From Candidatus Multivoradales bacterium (GTDB lineage: Bacteria > Acidobacteriota > Thermoanaerobaculia > Multivoradales > Multivoraceae), in NCBI GenBank assembly GCA_965223325.1, contig CBDCWI010000002.1, forward strand, positions 2,048,001-2,112,000: 64,000 nt of DNA. The letters are read 5' to 3'. This document shows positions 1-10,646 of this stretch, in pieces. A program made the position numbers and the translations under genes. How positions within the stretch are numbered: the stretch's first letter is position 1; the number at the start of each line of letters is the position of its first letter. Under the pieces are notes generated by a model. That model saw nothing but the letters and a program-made list of their open reading frames with translations, was not told the origin of the DNA and made no database searches.

Positions 1-3000
1 GCTCGACCAGCACCTCCAGGCAGGGCCGACGAAGCTCCCCGGTCACCTCTACCGTCTCAGAGAGCACCAGCTCGCCGGTACTCGGGTGGACGAACTGCGG
101 ACTGGTTGCGATGACGCGCACCTTGTAGGTCGCGCAACTGACGGTCGGAACGTCGAAAATGAGATCGCTCTCGGTCTGGGCGACAACATCAAAAGCCGTC
201 TCGCTGACGTAGCGCGAGTCGTCATCGCTTTGAACGAGGAGGCGAACATCACTCATCACGCCTGGGAAGGTCTCCTCAGCGTGGAGCAGAGACTCCGAAG
301 CCGGGTCGAGGCCCACCTGTTCGATCGCCATGATCACCTCGGCCGAGGGCTCAGAAAGCTGGCCAACGAAACGCAAGCCCGCAAACGGCGGCGCGAACCA
401 GATGGGTAGGGTCTCGAAAGAGTTGCCCTGGGTGTCGATCACTTCGAGATGGACCTCCAGCGACCGAGATCGGTCGACTCCGGACCAGTCCCACTCCACC
501 TCGAAGGCTCCGTCCGGGGCCACGGCGCTCGGGATCAACGAGCCGGGCGCATAGATGTCGGCAAGCGACGTCTCGAGAACCGTAGCGTTCTCATCCAGGT
601 GCTGCGCTCGCAAGATCACCTGCGAGACCGGGGCAACGATCGCCTCGTCAACGCGCAACCGAATGGCCTCGCCCGGGGTCGTCAGCGGGCAAAGGCTCCG
701 AGTCTCGGCGCAGTAGTTGCCGAGGACCGCTCCCGCGTGGAGGAGTCTCACAGGCTGACTGCCACCCTCTGGTCCGGGTCCCGCTGGACCGACGGCGGTA
801 AGGAAGGCCCTCTCTTCCCACTGCTCCGTGACGACGGTCTCGTTGGCGACGATGTCGGTCAGCACGACGCGGCCCGAACCACCGACTGCTCGCGCTGGCT
901 CGATCTGCACCGCACCGGTGGCCACTGTCGGGTGCTTGAAACTCGTCTTCAAGGTACCCCGGCCCTCCCACGGCGGGCCGATCTGGAACTCGCCGCCGAG
1001 CTCGTCGAAGTGGTCGTCCTGGGCTTTGGCCGACATCGACATCGTGAGCGCCGAGCTGGAAGGCGACAGAACGAGCGGTGCCTGGGCGCGGCTCGGCGAA
1101 GCCAGGAGCACGAACTCCTCGACCGTCGGCGGCGTCGTGTCGACTTCGAAGAAGAACTCGAACGTGAGAAGCGACAGGACGTACCGACCATCTGGCACCG
1201 GTAGGCCGCGATCGTCGCGGCCGTCCCAGACCACCGCCTGATCGTTGGCCGCACCAGCAAACGTCCGCTGAAGCGCCCGCACCGGCGCACCGCCCTCGTG
1301 GGCGATGAGGATGTCGAGAACCACCGGCCGCACGACATCGAAACGAATCTCGAGATCGTCGAAGGCACCGTCGTTGTTGGGCGAGATGACGCGCTCAGAA
1401 AGCTCGGGGTTGGCGATCGTCGGCGTCGTCGGAATGCCAACCTGGCGGATGTCGCGCCGAGTGTTCCCGGCCCGGTCTTCGACCGTCAGGCGCACCAGGT
1501 ACGCACCGCCGTTCTCGGGGCTGAAGACCCCAAGCTGCCCATCAACAACCGCCTCCGAACCCGGAGCGTTGAACAAGCTCCACGAATCGGGACTAGAAAG
1601 CGGCGCAAACTCGAGGAGGTAGCGCTCGAAGTGAGCGTCGGCAGCGGTGCCCTCGAGAAGGACGGCGCCGGATGGGTCCGACCGCGCGCGCAGATCTGCC
1701 GTGAGGTTCAGCAGTGAGCGATACCGGTAGAGGTCATCGTCCCAGGGATCGCCGACGCAGTCGTTGGCACCGGGATTCTCGTCACGATCCTCGTTGGCCT
1801 GATCGGACCGGAAGAAGACGCCGGTACCAGTCGGCGACAGGGTCGGGTCGATCACGCGATCGAACTCGAGCAGGAAGCGAACGACCTCGTCCTCGTCCAG
1901 CTGCACGCCTTCGACGCCTATCGCGTTGCCGAACTGACCGAAGAAGACATCGCGGCGACCCGGCACCCAACGCAGGTCATCGAAGCGCTTGATGGAAAAG
2001 AGCTCGTGCTGTGCCTGCACGATGCTGAGAAGCCCGGCGCTCCCCGAGGAGCGCTCGATGGTTCCGTGCTCTGACCTTGGGGTGACCTCAGAGGCCACGA
2101 GAGTGAGGCTCACCTCCGGCAGGCGACCGGCTCTCGGCGAGTCGCCAAACACGTCGGCTGCGGCGAAATCCACTTTGAGGCTTCGACTGTGGGCATCGAA
2201 ACCGAGCTCGACTCCTACGGGCCGACCAGGCACCGTTTCCAGCGGCTGGCCGCCGAGCAGAATCTCTCGCGGCCAGACGCGGCTCCCGCCAACTTGGAGA
2301 TAGACCTCCTCGAGGCCTGCCGCAATGCCGCCGCGCTGCTCGATCTCGAAGCTAAGATCCTGCCCCTTCGAACGCATAGCGCGGGCGAACGCGTCAACGG
2401 GCAGAGACTGGGTGTGCAGCTCGGGTGAGAAGTGAAGTGCGCCGAGCTCGCCACCGCCAGCGGCCGGTGCGACGTGGAAAGACCCACAGGTGTCAAACGG
2501 TATGGTGCTCGCCACCGGCTCCCACGCCCCGGTCTGCCGGTCCAGGCTGGCGGTGTAGTCGACGCGCTCGCAGCTCTGGTTCTGGGGCTCGAAGAAGTCG
2601 AATGTCACGAGCACGTAGCGACCGTTCGAATGCACATCGACGAAACTGACGCCGGCAGGCAGGGCTGCAAGCGGGGGCTCGCCCTGTGGCACGCGGGTCG
2701 AGAACCCGAGCTCTGAAGCAAGCGGAGGCGGCGGAAAGTCGTAGCTCTCGACCTCGACACCACCGGCTGTGCGCAAGACGAGGCGCTCCTCGACCGACGA
2801 AGCAACCGCGACCACCGGTGTTTCAGGCAACCAGGCGGCAACAGGTGGTGACGGTCCTCTGAAGGGGGCGTCAGTCCAGCTCTCCAGGGTGACCGCGGCA
2901 CCGGCGGCCAGATCGACAACCAGGAGAGACCCAGAGTCGAAACCCTCGCCCTCCGCGCGCAAGATCACGTAACGCCCTCCGGGCGCAAAGCCTCTCTGCA

Positions 3001-6000
3001 CGGGATCCAGTCGCGCCGAACCGGACCAGATCTCAACCGGTGCCGAACCGTCGATCGGAAGGTGCACGACACCCTGGTCGCTGAGCGCGAAGGGCGTGTC
3101 GGTTCCCGGCGAGAAGCCGAGGAGCTCGAACCCACTTGAATCGGGTATCTCGAGCACGAAGCCGCCAAGTGGGTCGGCGAAACGGATGTTTGAGTTGAAC
3201 GGCCGGTAGGCGACCGCACCATCGTTACGCAGCTCGAGTTCACGTGGGCTGAAAATCCCGGTTTCGATCGGCTCTGGCGACGACCCGTCGGTGCGAACCC
3301 GCCACATTCCATGACCCGCGGCGCCGGTCCCTACGAAGAAGACGAAGCGCTCGTCTTCGGTGACCCGGAAGTCTCGCGCGCTCTCGAGCTCGCAGGTGAG
3401 GTTGAGCGACTGCGCAAACTCGGTGCCGGCCGCGGCAAAGAGCGGCGAGCGGTTGGTATCGACCGTGACCTCTGCGAGCCGCAAAACGGCGCCTGAGGAG
3501 TCGACCGCCTGGAACGAGTAGGTGCCGTCGGGAACCAGCGACCCAAAGCGGTCGCGGCCATCCCAGTCGAAGCGGCCGTCGCGCGACGACCGGGTGCCCT
3601 GCTCGACCCTTAGGACCTCGTCGCGCAGGTCGACGATCTCGACGTCGGTGTCGGCGGCTGTATCGAGGCGATAGATGAAGGCGGTCGTGTCTTTGACACC
3701 GTCACCGTTGGGCGAGAACCAGCGTTCGGTCACCAACGCGGAGCCCTCTCCGGTGGTCACGCGTAGATCCTGGCGGTTGTTGTCTTCGCTCGACTCCCGC
3801 AGAGTGTTGGCGCGATCCACCACCACAACGAGGTTGTCCGCTCCCGCTTGTGGCCAGACCCAGTCAAGCGAAACAACACCGGCCATCTGGCCAGGCGCCG
3901 ACACGGTTCCTGCGGCAAGAACAGCGCCACTGGGACTGCCCGAGAACACCTCGACCGAGACTTCACCGCTGGGCTGTTCCCCGAGATTCGACACTGTGAC
4001 CTCGAGCGTCACCGTGTTGCCTGGCGTCGGCAACGAGGGTGTCAGCCGGAGCGAGCCTGCGCTGAGGGCGAGGTCAGGGAGCGAAAGCACGGCCACCTGG
4101 CGCAGCGCGAGGTTGTCGTCTTCGTCGAACTCGGGTACGACTCCGTCCGGGTCGACGATGGCAAAGAGCACCCGATCGGCGGAACCCTCGAAGTCGAGGA
4201 TCTGCGCCGAGGCAACACGGCTCTCGCCCGGTCCGAGAGTGCCCGTTAGGACGGTGCGCGCCAGTTCTAGACCGCCCTCAGCCGGTAACCCATCGAACAA
4301 GCCGACCAGGACGTCGTTGGCCGCCGTGCCACCGTTGTTCTCGACCACAATCTCGAGAACTACAGAACCGCCTTCGAGAACCGGCTCGGGGCTAACGGTC
4401 AGACCCGCTGGGTCGACCTGCAGGTTGGTCTCGGTAATGGCGCCGGCGGTGAACTCGAAGCGCGCCGTGTTGTCGGATTCATCGGCCTCGGGTAGAAGAT
4501 CACCTGGGTCGAGCGCGATCACAAAGGCGAGGTCTCCTTCCCGATCGACCACCCAGTCGGAGCGCACCTCGAGGCTTCCGCCAGCCGGCAGTTGAATCGG
4601 TGTTGGCCCACCGAGCGCCAGGAACTGGCCCACGTCGAGCTGGTAGAGAACCTCGACATTGTCCGCGTCGACCGTGCCACGGTTATAGACCGTGGCGACA
4701 AACTCGACCCGCTCGCCAACCAGAGGCTGACCTTCGAGTCGCACATCGGCGACCGCAACCACCAGGTTGACCGCATCCACCGTCGAGACAAGGGTGCGGG
4801 CTATGTTGTTGTCCTCGCTGGCCTCAGACACCAGGTCCGCCGGGTCGATCTCGACCGTGAGCTCGGTGACTCCCGGAGTGTCGAGCGTGAACGCGAAGGC
4901 CACAGGCACGCTCGAACGCGCCGCAAGAACGCCAAGGGTTTCCTCAGCAAGGAGTTCGCCGGCTCCTGGATCGCCGCGCCAGAGGCGCAGCGCGACGTCC
5001 GGCGCATCGGTGCTGCCGATGTTGCGGGCGATGACATTGACCGTGATCTCCGCCGGCAATTCGCCCGGGCGCTCGGGCGACACCACCACCTCGTCGGAGC
5101 GCAACTCGAGGTCGGCTTCGGTTGCAGCTCCCTCGATCCGAATCTCGACGTCCGCCGTGTTGTCCGACTCGCTGAGTTCCTCGACGGCCCCATCGACATC
5201 GAGCTCGAGGGTCAGAACGTGGGTCCCCGAGCGCCCGGTGGTGTCCCACGCGACCTCCAACTTCGCGGTCTGGCGCGGGCGAAGCGTTGGCACATCGACC
5301 GACTCGAGGACCTCGCCTGCGAGTCGGAGAACCGCGCGACTGGCCATGGCGTCCACCGACCCGTTGTTGATGATGGTCGCCGTTACGACGACGCCCTCTC
5401 CGTCGCGCGCCGGGTTGGGAGCGACCTCGGCTGGGCCGGCAAAAGCAAGGTTCGAGAACTCGGCGCGGGCTAGAACGTCAGCGACTACTGCGGTGGTGTA
5501 GATGCTCGATCCCCAGTCTCCCGCCTGCGACTGGCGCGCGGCGAGCCAGCCGGTTGCCGCTGACAGGTCGACGGAACCGTCGCCGAGGAGTTGGAAGGTT
5601 GCGACGGCGTCGGCGGTTTCGTGGAGGCTCGCCAACGGTGCCCCGAAGCCGCCGCCTGGGTGTGCAGTCGACGCCAGCCAGCCAAGAGCGGCGCTGATCG
5701 AGTCGGCGCCATCGCCCGACGTGCGACCCATTGCATGAAGCGCCTCGACCACTGCCCGCGTGGCGCCAATGCGCGCGGCGCCGCCGACGGTATTCGACCA
5801 GCCCCCACCGGGGGTTTCAGACGCAAGGAGAAAGTCACCGGCGCTCTCGAGACCCGGCGCCTGCCCTCTCAGGGCGAGAACAGCAAGCGCCGTATCGAGC
5901 GGTTCGCTGCGATGGTCGTCGCCCAGCCCCCAGCCACCGTCGGCATTGCGGCGAGCGAGAAGCTCGCCCTGTAGCTCCGCGTTGCTGCCGAGCGCCTGCA

Positions 6001-7492
6001 GGCGGCGGGCAAGCGAGTCGGTACCGGCGGCGGAGACAGAGCGCAAGAACCCGGCGGCTGCCGCGGATCCGGAAAAGGCCGGGTCCTGTGCCACCAGCAC
6101 CGCCAACGCCTCGGCGGTGTCCCGAACGGCCGTCGAGGGATGATCTGCAAACGAGCCGTCGGCCGACTGCTGGCCGCGAAGCCAAGCATGGGCGGCCGGC
6201 AGCGAAGCTTCGGGCCGTAGGTCGCCGCCGCCCGGAACCGAGGGATCGCCGGGCTCGAGATCCGCCGTTGCCGGCGGAGCCACCCGCAGGATGCCGCGGC
6301 CGCCGGTCAGCACACTGAAGTGGCGCTCGAAGGCTTCGCGGACGCGCTCGACACCCTCGAGCTCGGCATCGGTGGGACGGCTCCCGGGTCGCGTGAGCAC
6401 GACGAAGGCGGCCCGGAACTCGCTCGGGGCGTCGCCGTACGACGGTACGCGGGCGCCTTCGGCGGCGACAATGTCGGCGATCGAAACGTCGACCCGTGAA
6501 CCGACGACGACTTTGCCGGCGCGGGGTGGCTCGGGTGCCGGAGCGTCACCGTTGTCGATATAGAAGACGTCTGGCACCTCGCTGGCAGGTACCAGGCCCG
6601 CGGCGTAGAGATCGAGCGGGTTGTAGGCGGAGCGTGGAAGGAGCGACGTGAACTGCCCACCGCCATCAGAGCGCCAGTCGTTGCCATACATCAACGTCCC
6701 GCCGCCAGCATCGGTCAGCGGACCCCAGTGAGAGCCCACCCCGAGAAGAGCGTCACTTGGCTGCCCGGCGTCGTCGAGAAAGCGGAGCCGTGCCGACCAG
6801 CGGTGCATTACCTCATGGGAGAGCACCGAAAGCGTGCGCGTGAAGCCCGACTGCAGCGGATCCATCACATGGGTGTCGAGCCCCGCCATGTCGACAAAGC
6901 CCTGAAGCCGGCCATCACTACCGAATTCGTCGCTGTTGTCGAAGATCGGTAGGCCAATTCCTTCGACGTCATTTGCGACGGTTGTGAATAGGCCACCAAT
7001 CGGCAAACCGCCAAACGCCCCCAGGGAAACGTCAAAGTCGGCGAATGTAACCAGAAAGTCGTAGCGATCTCCGATTTCGCTGAGCACCGCCCTCGAAACT
7101 GCACTGCGAGCGGCGAAGTTCGTACTTCCGTCGGGAAGTTCGCGGTCGTACGGACCTTCGATCTCGAGCAAGACGATGTCGTTGCGCAACTCGAGAAAGC
7201 GCACCGTGACCGGTGCTCCCGGTGCCCGCTCGACGAAGGTCGCAAGCTCGACGTGGGGAGAGTAGAGACCCGGGGAGGAGCGAGCGTCGCGAGCGCTAGG
7301 CGATGGCGTGGTGGCAGTTTCCGAAGCGGAAAGCGCTAGTGAAGCAACCAGGCCAAGTGCGACGAAGCGGCCCACATAGGTTGCCCGTTGACTGCGAGGG
7401 TGGCGCGTCGATTCCAGACGGGTACGCACCAGAGCCACCATGAGAGCGGGCCACCAGGACCGCAGCGCGGTCTTCTCCCGGCTGGTGTGCAT
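1..7492 (-). CDS. Giant secreted multidomain protein (>2490 aa, 3' end outside window): HEXXH metallopeptidase-like domain, prenyltransferase/squalene-cyclase-like repeats, CARDB/Ig-like and FlgD-Ig-like domains
   Basis: Not in the ORF track because it is unterminated; no listed minus-strand ORF below 7492 uses this frame, consistent with no stop. Hand-translated segments: hydrophobic N-terminal stretch GRFVALGLVASLALSA; HEVMHRW (6803-6817) ...SHW...LMYGNDW...YNPLDLYAAG; WLRGQQSADGSF, LLARRNADGGWG; PDLALSAGSL...LEVTVSNLG; WFSPNGDGVKDTT, WDGRDRFGSLVPDGTY. ATG 7492 has GGAG upstream; alternative ATG at 7441. Confidence 0.85.
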   Translation of the reverse strand, partial: MHTSREKTALRSWWPALMVALVRTRLESTRHPRSQRATYVGRFVALGLVASLALSASETATTPSPSARDARSSPGLYSPHVELATFVERAPGAPVTVRFLELRNDIVLLEIEGPYDRELPDGSTNFAARSAVSRAVLSEIGDRYDFLVTFADFDVSLGAFGGLPIGGLFTTVANDVEGIGLPIFDNSDEFGSDGRLQGFVDMAGLDTHVMDPLQSGFTRTLSVLSHEVMHRWSARLRFLDDAGQPSDALLGVGSHWGPLTDAGGGTLMYGNDWRSDGGGQFTSLLPRSAYNPLDLYAAGLVPASEVPDVFYIDNGDAPAPEPPRAGKVVVGSRVDVSIADIVAAEGARVPSYGDAPSEFRAAFVVLTRPGSRPTDAELEGVERVREAFERHFSVLTGGRGILRVAPPATADLEPGDPSVPGGGDLRPEASLPAAHAWLRGQQSADGSFADHPSTAVRDTAEALAVLVAQDPAFSGSAAAAGFLRSVSAAGTDSLARRLQALGSNAELQGELLARRNADGGWGLGDDHRSEPLDTALAVLALRGQAPGLESAGDFLLASETPGGGWSNTVGGAARIGATRAVVEALHAMGRTSGDGADSISAALGWLASTAHPGGGFGAPLASLHETADAVATFQLLGDGSVDLSAATGWLAARQSQAGDWGSSIYTTAVVADVLARAEFSNLAFAGPAEVAPNPARDGEGVVVTATIINNGSVDAMASRAVLRLAGEVLESVDVPTLRPRQTAKLEVAWDTTGRSGTHVLTLELDVDGAVEELSESDNTADVEIRIEGAATEADLELRSDEVVVSPERPGELPAEITVNVIARNIGSTDAPDVALRLWRGDPGAGELLAEETLGVLAARSSVPVAFAFTLDTPGVTELTVEIDPADLVSEASEDNNIARTLVSTVDAVNLVVAVADVRLEGQPLVGERVEFVATVYNRGTVDADNVEVLYQLDVGQFLALGGPTPIQLPAGGSLEVRSDWVVDREGDLAFVIALDPGDLLPEADESDNTARFEFTAGAITETNLQVDPAGLTVSPEPVLEGGSVVLEIVVENNGGTAANDVLVGLFDGLPAEGGLELARTVLTGTLGPGESRVASAQILDFEGSADRVLFAIVDPDGVVPEFDEDDNLALRQVAVLSLPDLALSAGSLRLTPSLPTPGNTVTLEVTVSNLGEQPSGEVSVEVFSGSPSGAVLAAGTVSAPGQMAGVVSLDWVWPQAGADNLVVVVDRANTLRESSEDNNRQDLRVTTGEGSALVTERWFSPNGDGVKDTTAFIYRLDTAADTDVEIVDLRDEVLRVEQGTRSSRDGRFDWDGRDRFGSLVPDGTYSFQAVDSSGAVLRLAEVTVDTNRSPLFAAAGTEFAQSLNLTCELESARDFRVTEDERFVFFVGTGAAGHGMWRVRTDGSSPEPIETGIFSPRELELRNDGAVAYRPFNSNIRFADPLGGFVLEIPDSSGFELLGFSPGTDTPFALSDQGVVHLPIDGSAPVEIWSGSARLDPVQRGFAPGGRYVILRAEGEGFDSGSLLVVDLAAGAAVTLESWTDAPFRGPSPPVAAWLPETPVVAVASSVEERLVLRTAGGVEVESYDFPPPPLASELGFSTRVPQGEPPLAALPAGVSFVDVHSNGRYVLVTFDFFEPQNQSCERVDYTASLDRQTGAWEPVASTIPFDTCGSFHVAPAAGGGELGALHFSPELHTQSLPVDAFARAMRSKGQDLSFEIEQRGGIAAGLEEVYLQVGGSRVWPREILLGGQPLETVPGRPVGVELGFDAHSRSLKVDFAAADVFGDSPRAGRLPEVSLTLVASEVTPRSEHGTIERSSGSAGLLSIVQAQHELFSIKRFDDLRWVPGRRDVFFGQFGNAIGVEGVQLDEDEVVRFLLEFDRVIDPTLSPTGTGVFFRSDQANEDRDENPGANDCVGDPWDDDLYRYRSLLNLTADLRARSDPSGAVLLEGTAADAHFERYLLEFAPLSSPDSWSLFNAPGSEAVVDGQLGVFSPENGGAYLVRLTVEDRAGNTRRDIRQVGIPTTPTIANPELSERVISPNNDGAFDDLEIRFDVVRPVVLDILIAHEGGAPVRALQRTFAGAANDQAVVWDGRDDRGLPVPDGRYVLSLLTFEFFFEVDTTPPTVEEFVLLASPSRAQAPLVLSPSSSALTMSMSAKAQDDHFDELGGEFQIGPPWEGRGTLKTSFKHPTVATGAVQIEPARAVGGSGRVVLTDIVANETVVTEQWEERAFLTAVGPAGPGPEGGSQPVRLLHAGAVLGNYCAETRSLCPLTTPGEAIRLRVDEAIVAPVSQVILRAQHLDENATVLETSLADIYAPGSLIPSAVAPDGAFEVEWDWSGVDRSRSLEVHLEVIDTQGNSFETLPIWFAPPFAGLRFVGQLSEPSAEVIMAIEQVGLDPASESLLHAEETFPGVMSDVRLLVQSDDDSRYVSETAFDVVAQTESDLIFDVPTVSCATYKVRVIATSPQFVHPSTGELVLSETVEVTGELRRPCLEVLVE

Positions 7493-7716
7493 TGGATCTC
7501 CGGACACGAGCAGAATCGTCTTCCTGAAACGACCACCTGGTCATTTCCAAGTGGGCGGAAAAGCGGGTTCTCAAAGGAAGGCCTCGCCAACGGGCGATTG
7601 ATAACAAGTTGCATAAGGTATCAAAGGTCAAAGACCATGTCATATAGAGTTTTACGCACATCCAGTTGTCCCCAACCGTGCCTTCCTGGGCCTTGGTTCA
7701 TGGCGATGCGTTGAAT

Positions 7717-10374
7717 TCATTCCTTGAATTCGGCCTGCAACGCCAGGAAACGCGGATGGGTCCGCAGCCCGTCGTACGACGGGTGCCCGAAATCTTCTGC
7801 GACCAGAGCGCTGGGGATCTCGGAAAGTATCTCGAGCGTGTTGAGGGCTCGGTCTGCCTCATCGACTTTGGCAAAAACCCGAGACACGGCGTCCAGCACG
7901 AGAGGCCCCTCAAAGGCGTCACGTTCCACGGGCTGGAGGTCCTGAGCGGTGTCGGCGTGCCGAAGTGCCAGAGCCTTGTCGCCGAGAAGGGCGTGAAGCC
8001 AGGCCAAAGAGAGATGAAGACGAAAATCTTGCGGCCGGTCATCGAGCTGCGCCTCGAGGTCGACACGCGCGGCGCGGAGTTCGGCGCCGGCCTCGGCTTC
8101 GCGACCGAGCTCGAGGAGCGCATGCCCGAGAAGAAGACTCCGTGGCACAACGGTGGTAAGTCCAACGCAGCCCCGTGGCTCGAGGGTGGAGGCAGTGACG
8201 AGCAACTCTTGCCAGCTCCTCTGGTGAGTCAGGTAGAACGTGCTCGTGCAATCAACGAACTGCTCCGCGAGGCCTGCAGGCTCCGCCTCGCGGAGGGCGT
8301 CGATCGCGGCCGCGGGTCCTCCGCGGCGGAAGGCGTAGAAGGCGTTCCACCATTGGGCTGTGCTGGAACCGGGGGCCAGAGCCAGAGAGCGCGCCAGAGC
8401 GTCCTCAGCCCCCTCGTGGTCGCCCATGAGAAAAAGAGTGATCGACAATGACGTGCTCTCGGACTCGCTCTGCGGAGCCAGCTCGACAGCGCGCCAGAAG
8501 TCGTCGGCGGCACCCTGCCAATGTCCAGCTCGGCGACGGATGGCGGCACGGTCGCCGAGCAGCTCGGCATCACCCGGCCGCAGCTCGAGTGCGCGGTCCA
8601 TCAGAGGGAGAGCGCGCTGGTAGTCGCGATCGATCCTGTAGGCCGCATTCGCAACCGCCTGGAGTGCGAAAGCGGATTCTGGATCGAGGCGCTCAGCCTG
8701 CTGGGCGGCACGCCAGGTTGCGTCGGCGCGTTCGGGACTTCTCTCCTGGAAGTGATACACCAGTCCGTGAGCGTCGGCCAGACCGGCCCAAGCCAGCGCA
8801 AAATCAGCGTCGAGGGCCACCGCACGCTCGAAGTGTGAGGCCGCCCGCCGTAGATCGGGGGGCGAGTTCCCTGGCCTGGCCAGGGCGGCGCGGCCAGCGA
8901 GGAAGGCAGTGTAGGCATCCTCGCGCTCAGTGGGGCGGGTCGCTTCTTCGGCAGGTGTCAGGGCGAGGCCCAGCTGCGCCACGACCACGTTCGCGATCTC
9001 GGACTGGACTTCGAAGACATCGACGATCGGGCGCTCGATCGAGGCGGTCCAGAGCGGGGTATCGTCGCTCAAGCGGATGAGTTCGGGACTCACACGGACG
9101 CGGTCGCCGCTTCCCTGGGCGGCCCAGCGCACGGTGCCGTCGAGGGCGTAGTCGACGTCGAGCTCGTCGCGCAGCTGTTCGGGCGACCAGTTACCGTTGG
9201 CGTAGCGGCGCGAGCTGTTACGAGAGATGACTGCAAGATCGGCGATGCCGGCCAGACTGGTGCGGATCTCATCGGTGAGGCCGGCCGCGAAGATCGCGTC
9301 GTCGTCGCTCCCAACGTTGGCGAGCGGCAGGACGACAAGTCGAATCGCCTCATCCGCGGGGAGGATCCCGATGGCATCGCGCTCGCCAGCCCTCGTGCGC
9401 GTAGAGTTGGATAGAGCCACGATTGCCACCAGGACGAGGCTCAGGCCCAGGATAGCGAGGGCCATTCCCCGCGCGCGCCCTCGCTGGACCGCTTTGCCAG
9501 GATCGAGCTCATGAGCCGAGTGAGCGCCTTGGCTCGAGTTGCGGAATTGCCGAAGTGCGGCGACGAACTCGGCCGCAGTCTGGAAACGGCGAACCGGCTC
9601 CTTCTCGAGCATCCGCCGCAGGACCGGTTCGAGTCCTGGCGGAAGATCGTCACGCAGCGTGTTGACGGGTAGGGGCTCGTCTCGCAAGACCGCAGACACG
9701 ACTTCGGCTGCGCTTTGACCCTGGAAGGGTCGCCTGCCCACGAGGGCCTCGTAGAGCAGCACACCGAGCGAAAAGAGGTCGCTCCGTTCGTCGACCACCT
9801 GGCCCTTGATCTGCTCGGGTGACATATACGGCGCAGTCCCGGGCACCGCGCCCTCGGCCGTCAGGGCGATCTGGGTCTCTTCGTCTTCGCCGCTGGCATA
9901 GCCGGTACCGAGGCGCGCGAGCCCGAAGTCGAGGATTCGGGGTCGCGAGTCGCTCGACATCATCACGTTGCTGGGCTTCAGGTCGCGGTGGACCACACCT
10001 TTCGCGTGCGCAGCCTCGAGCGCTTCGCCGAGCGCCAGGGCCAGTTCGAAGAATTCGGGCAGGGCGAGGCCCTCGGCAGGGAGCGCTTCTGCCAGCGAGC
10101 GCCCGTCGACGCGCTCCATGGTCAAGAAGAGCACATCCTCGTCTTCTTCCAGCGAGTAGAGAGTGACGATGTTCGGGTGGTCGAGGGCAGCGAGTGCACG
10201 GGCCTCCCGCTCGAGACGCGCTCGAAAGTCGGCGTTGCGCGCCGTCGACGACGGCAGCACCTTGACGGCGACCTGGCGCCCGAGCTTTTCGTCTTCGGCC
10301 AGCCAGACCTCTCCCATACCGCCGCTTCCGAGGCGCTCAACGATTCGGTAGTGGTTGAGGCGTCTGCCGATCAC
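7717..10374 (-). CDS. Ser/Thr protein kinase with TM segment, TolB-like N-terminal-type domain and TPR repeats
   Basis: GSGGMGEV, VAVK, HRDLKPSN, DFG, GTAPYMSPEQ motifs; TM helix LAILGLSLVLVAIVAL; RLVVLPLAN...AGLTDEI...VISRNS domain; TPR-like helices. Confidence 0.95.
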   Translation of the reverse strand: MIGRRLNHYRIVERLGSGGMGEVWLAEDEKLGRQVAVKVLPSSTARNADFRARLEREARALAALDHPNIVTLYSLEEDEDVLFLTMERVDGRSLAEALPAEGLALPEFFELALALGEALEAAHAKGVVHRDLKPSNVMMSSDSRPRILDFGLARLGTGYASGEDEETQIALTAEGAVPGTAPYMSPEQIKGQVVDERSDLFSLGVLLYEALVGRRPFQGQSAAEVVSAVLRDEPLPVNTLRDDLPPGLEPVLRRMLEKEPVRRFQTAAEFVAALRQFRNSSQGAHSAHELDPGKAVQRGRARGMALAILGLSLVLVAIVALSNSTRTRAGERDAIGILPADEAIRLVVLPLANVGSDDDAIFAAGLTDEIRTSLAGIADLAVISRNSSRRYANGNWSPEQLRDELDVDYALDGTVRWAAQGSGDRVRVSPELIRLSDDTPLWTASIERPIVDVFEVQSEIANVVVAQLGLALTPAEEATRPTEREDAYTAFLAGRAALARPGNSPPDLRRAASHFERAVALDADFALAWAGLADAHGLVYHFQERSPERADATWRAAQQAERLDPESAFALQAVANAAYRIDRDYQRALPLMDRALELRPGDAELLGDRAAIRRRAGHWQGAADDFWRAVELAPQSESESTSLSITLFLMGDHEGAEDALARSLALAPGSSTAQWWNAFYAFRRGGPAAAIDALREAEPAGLAEQFVDCTSTFYLTHQRSWQELLVTASTLEPRGCVGLTTVVPRSLLLGHALLELGREAEAGAELRAARVDLEAQLDDRPQDFRLHLSLAWLHALLGDKALALRHADTAQDLQPVERDAFEGPLVLDAVSRVFAKVDEADRALNTLEILSEIPSALVAEDFGHPSYDGLRTHPRFLALQAEFKE

Positions 10375-10547
10375 CGGTGTAGCCTACCGAAGCATCCCTC
10401 TCTCGCCACACGAGGTCCTCGTTGCTCCCCGGGACTAGGCAGCTGTACCCGCGATCTTCCAGCGCCGGAGATCGGAGCGAGCCCACAGCGTTCGTCTGCG
10501 AAAGCTCCTAGCCCAAAGCGGATGGGAATGGGTCCCACTGAGATGTG

Positions 10548-10646
10548 AAGCTTCAGGTCGTCCGCTCGGTAGACCTCGCCCACGCCAGCACGGCCAAGAG
10601 ACGAAACAGTGTGGTAACGGTAACGATGCGTTCCCCTGGCAGGTAG
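10548..10646 (-). pseudogene. Remnant of a Ser/Thr kinase N-terminus
   Basis: RYHTVSSLGRAGVGEVYRADDLKL resembles kinase subdomain I (RY.I...LGRGGMGEVYRADDLKL); no further kinase motifs follow. Confidence 0.6.

Noticed and set aside
86-7245. Dozens of short ORFs on both strands in the track
   Set aside because: They are shadows of the single long minus-strand frame; Arg/Ser-rich with no motifs.
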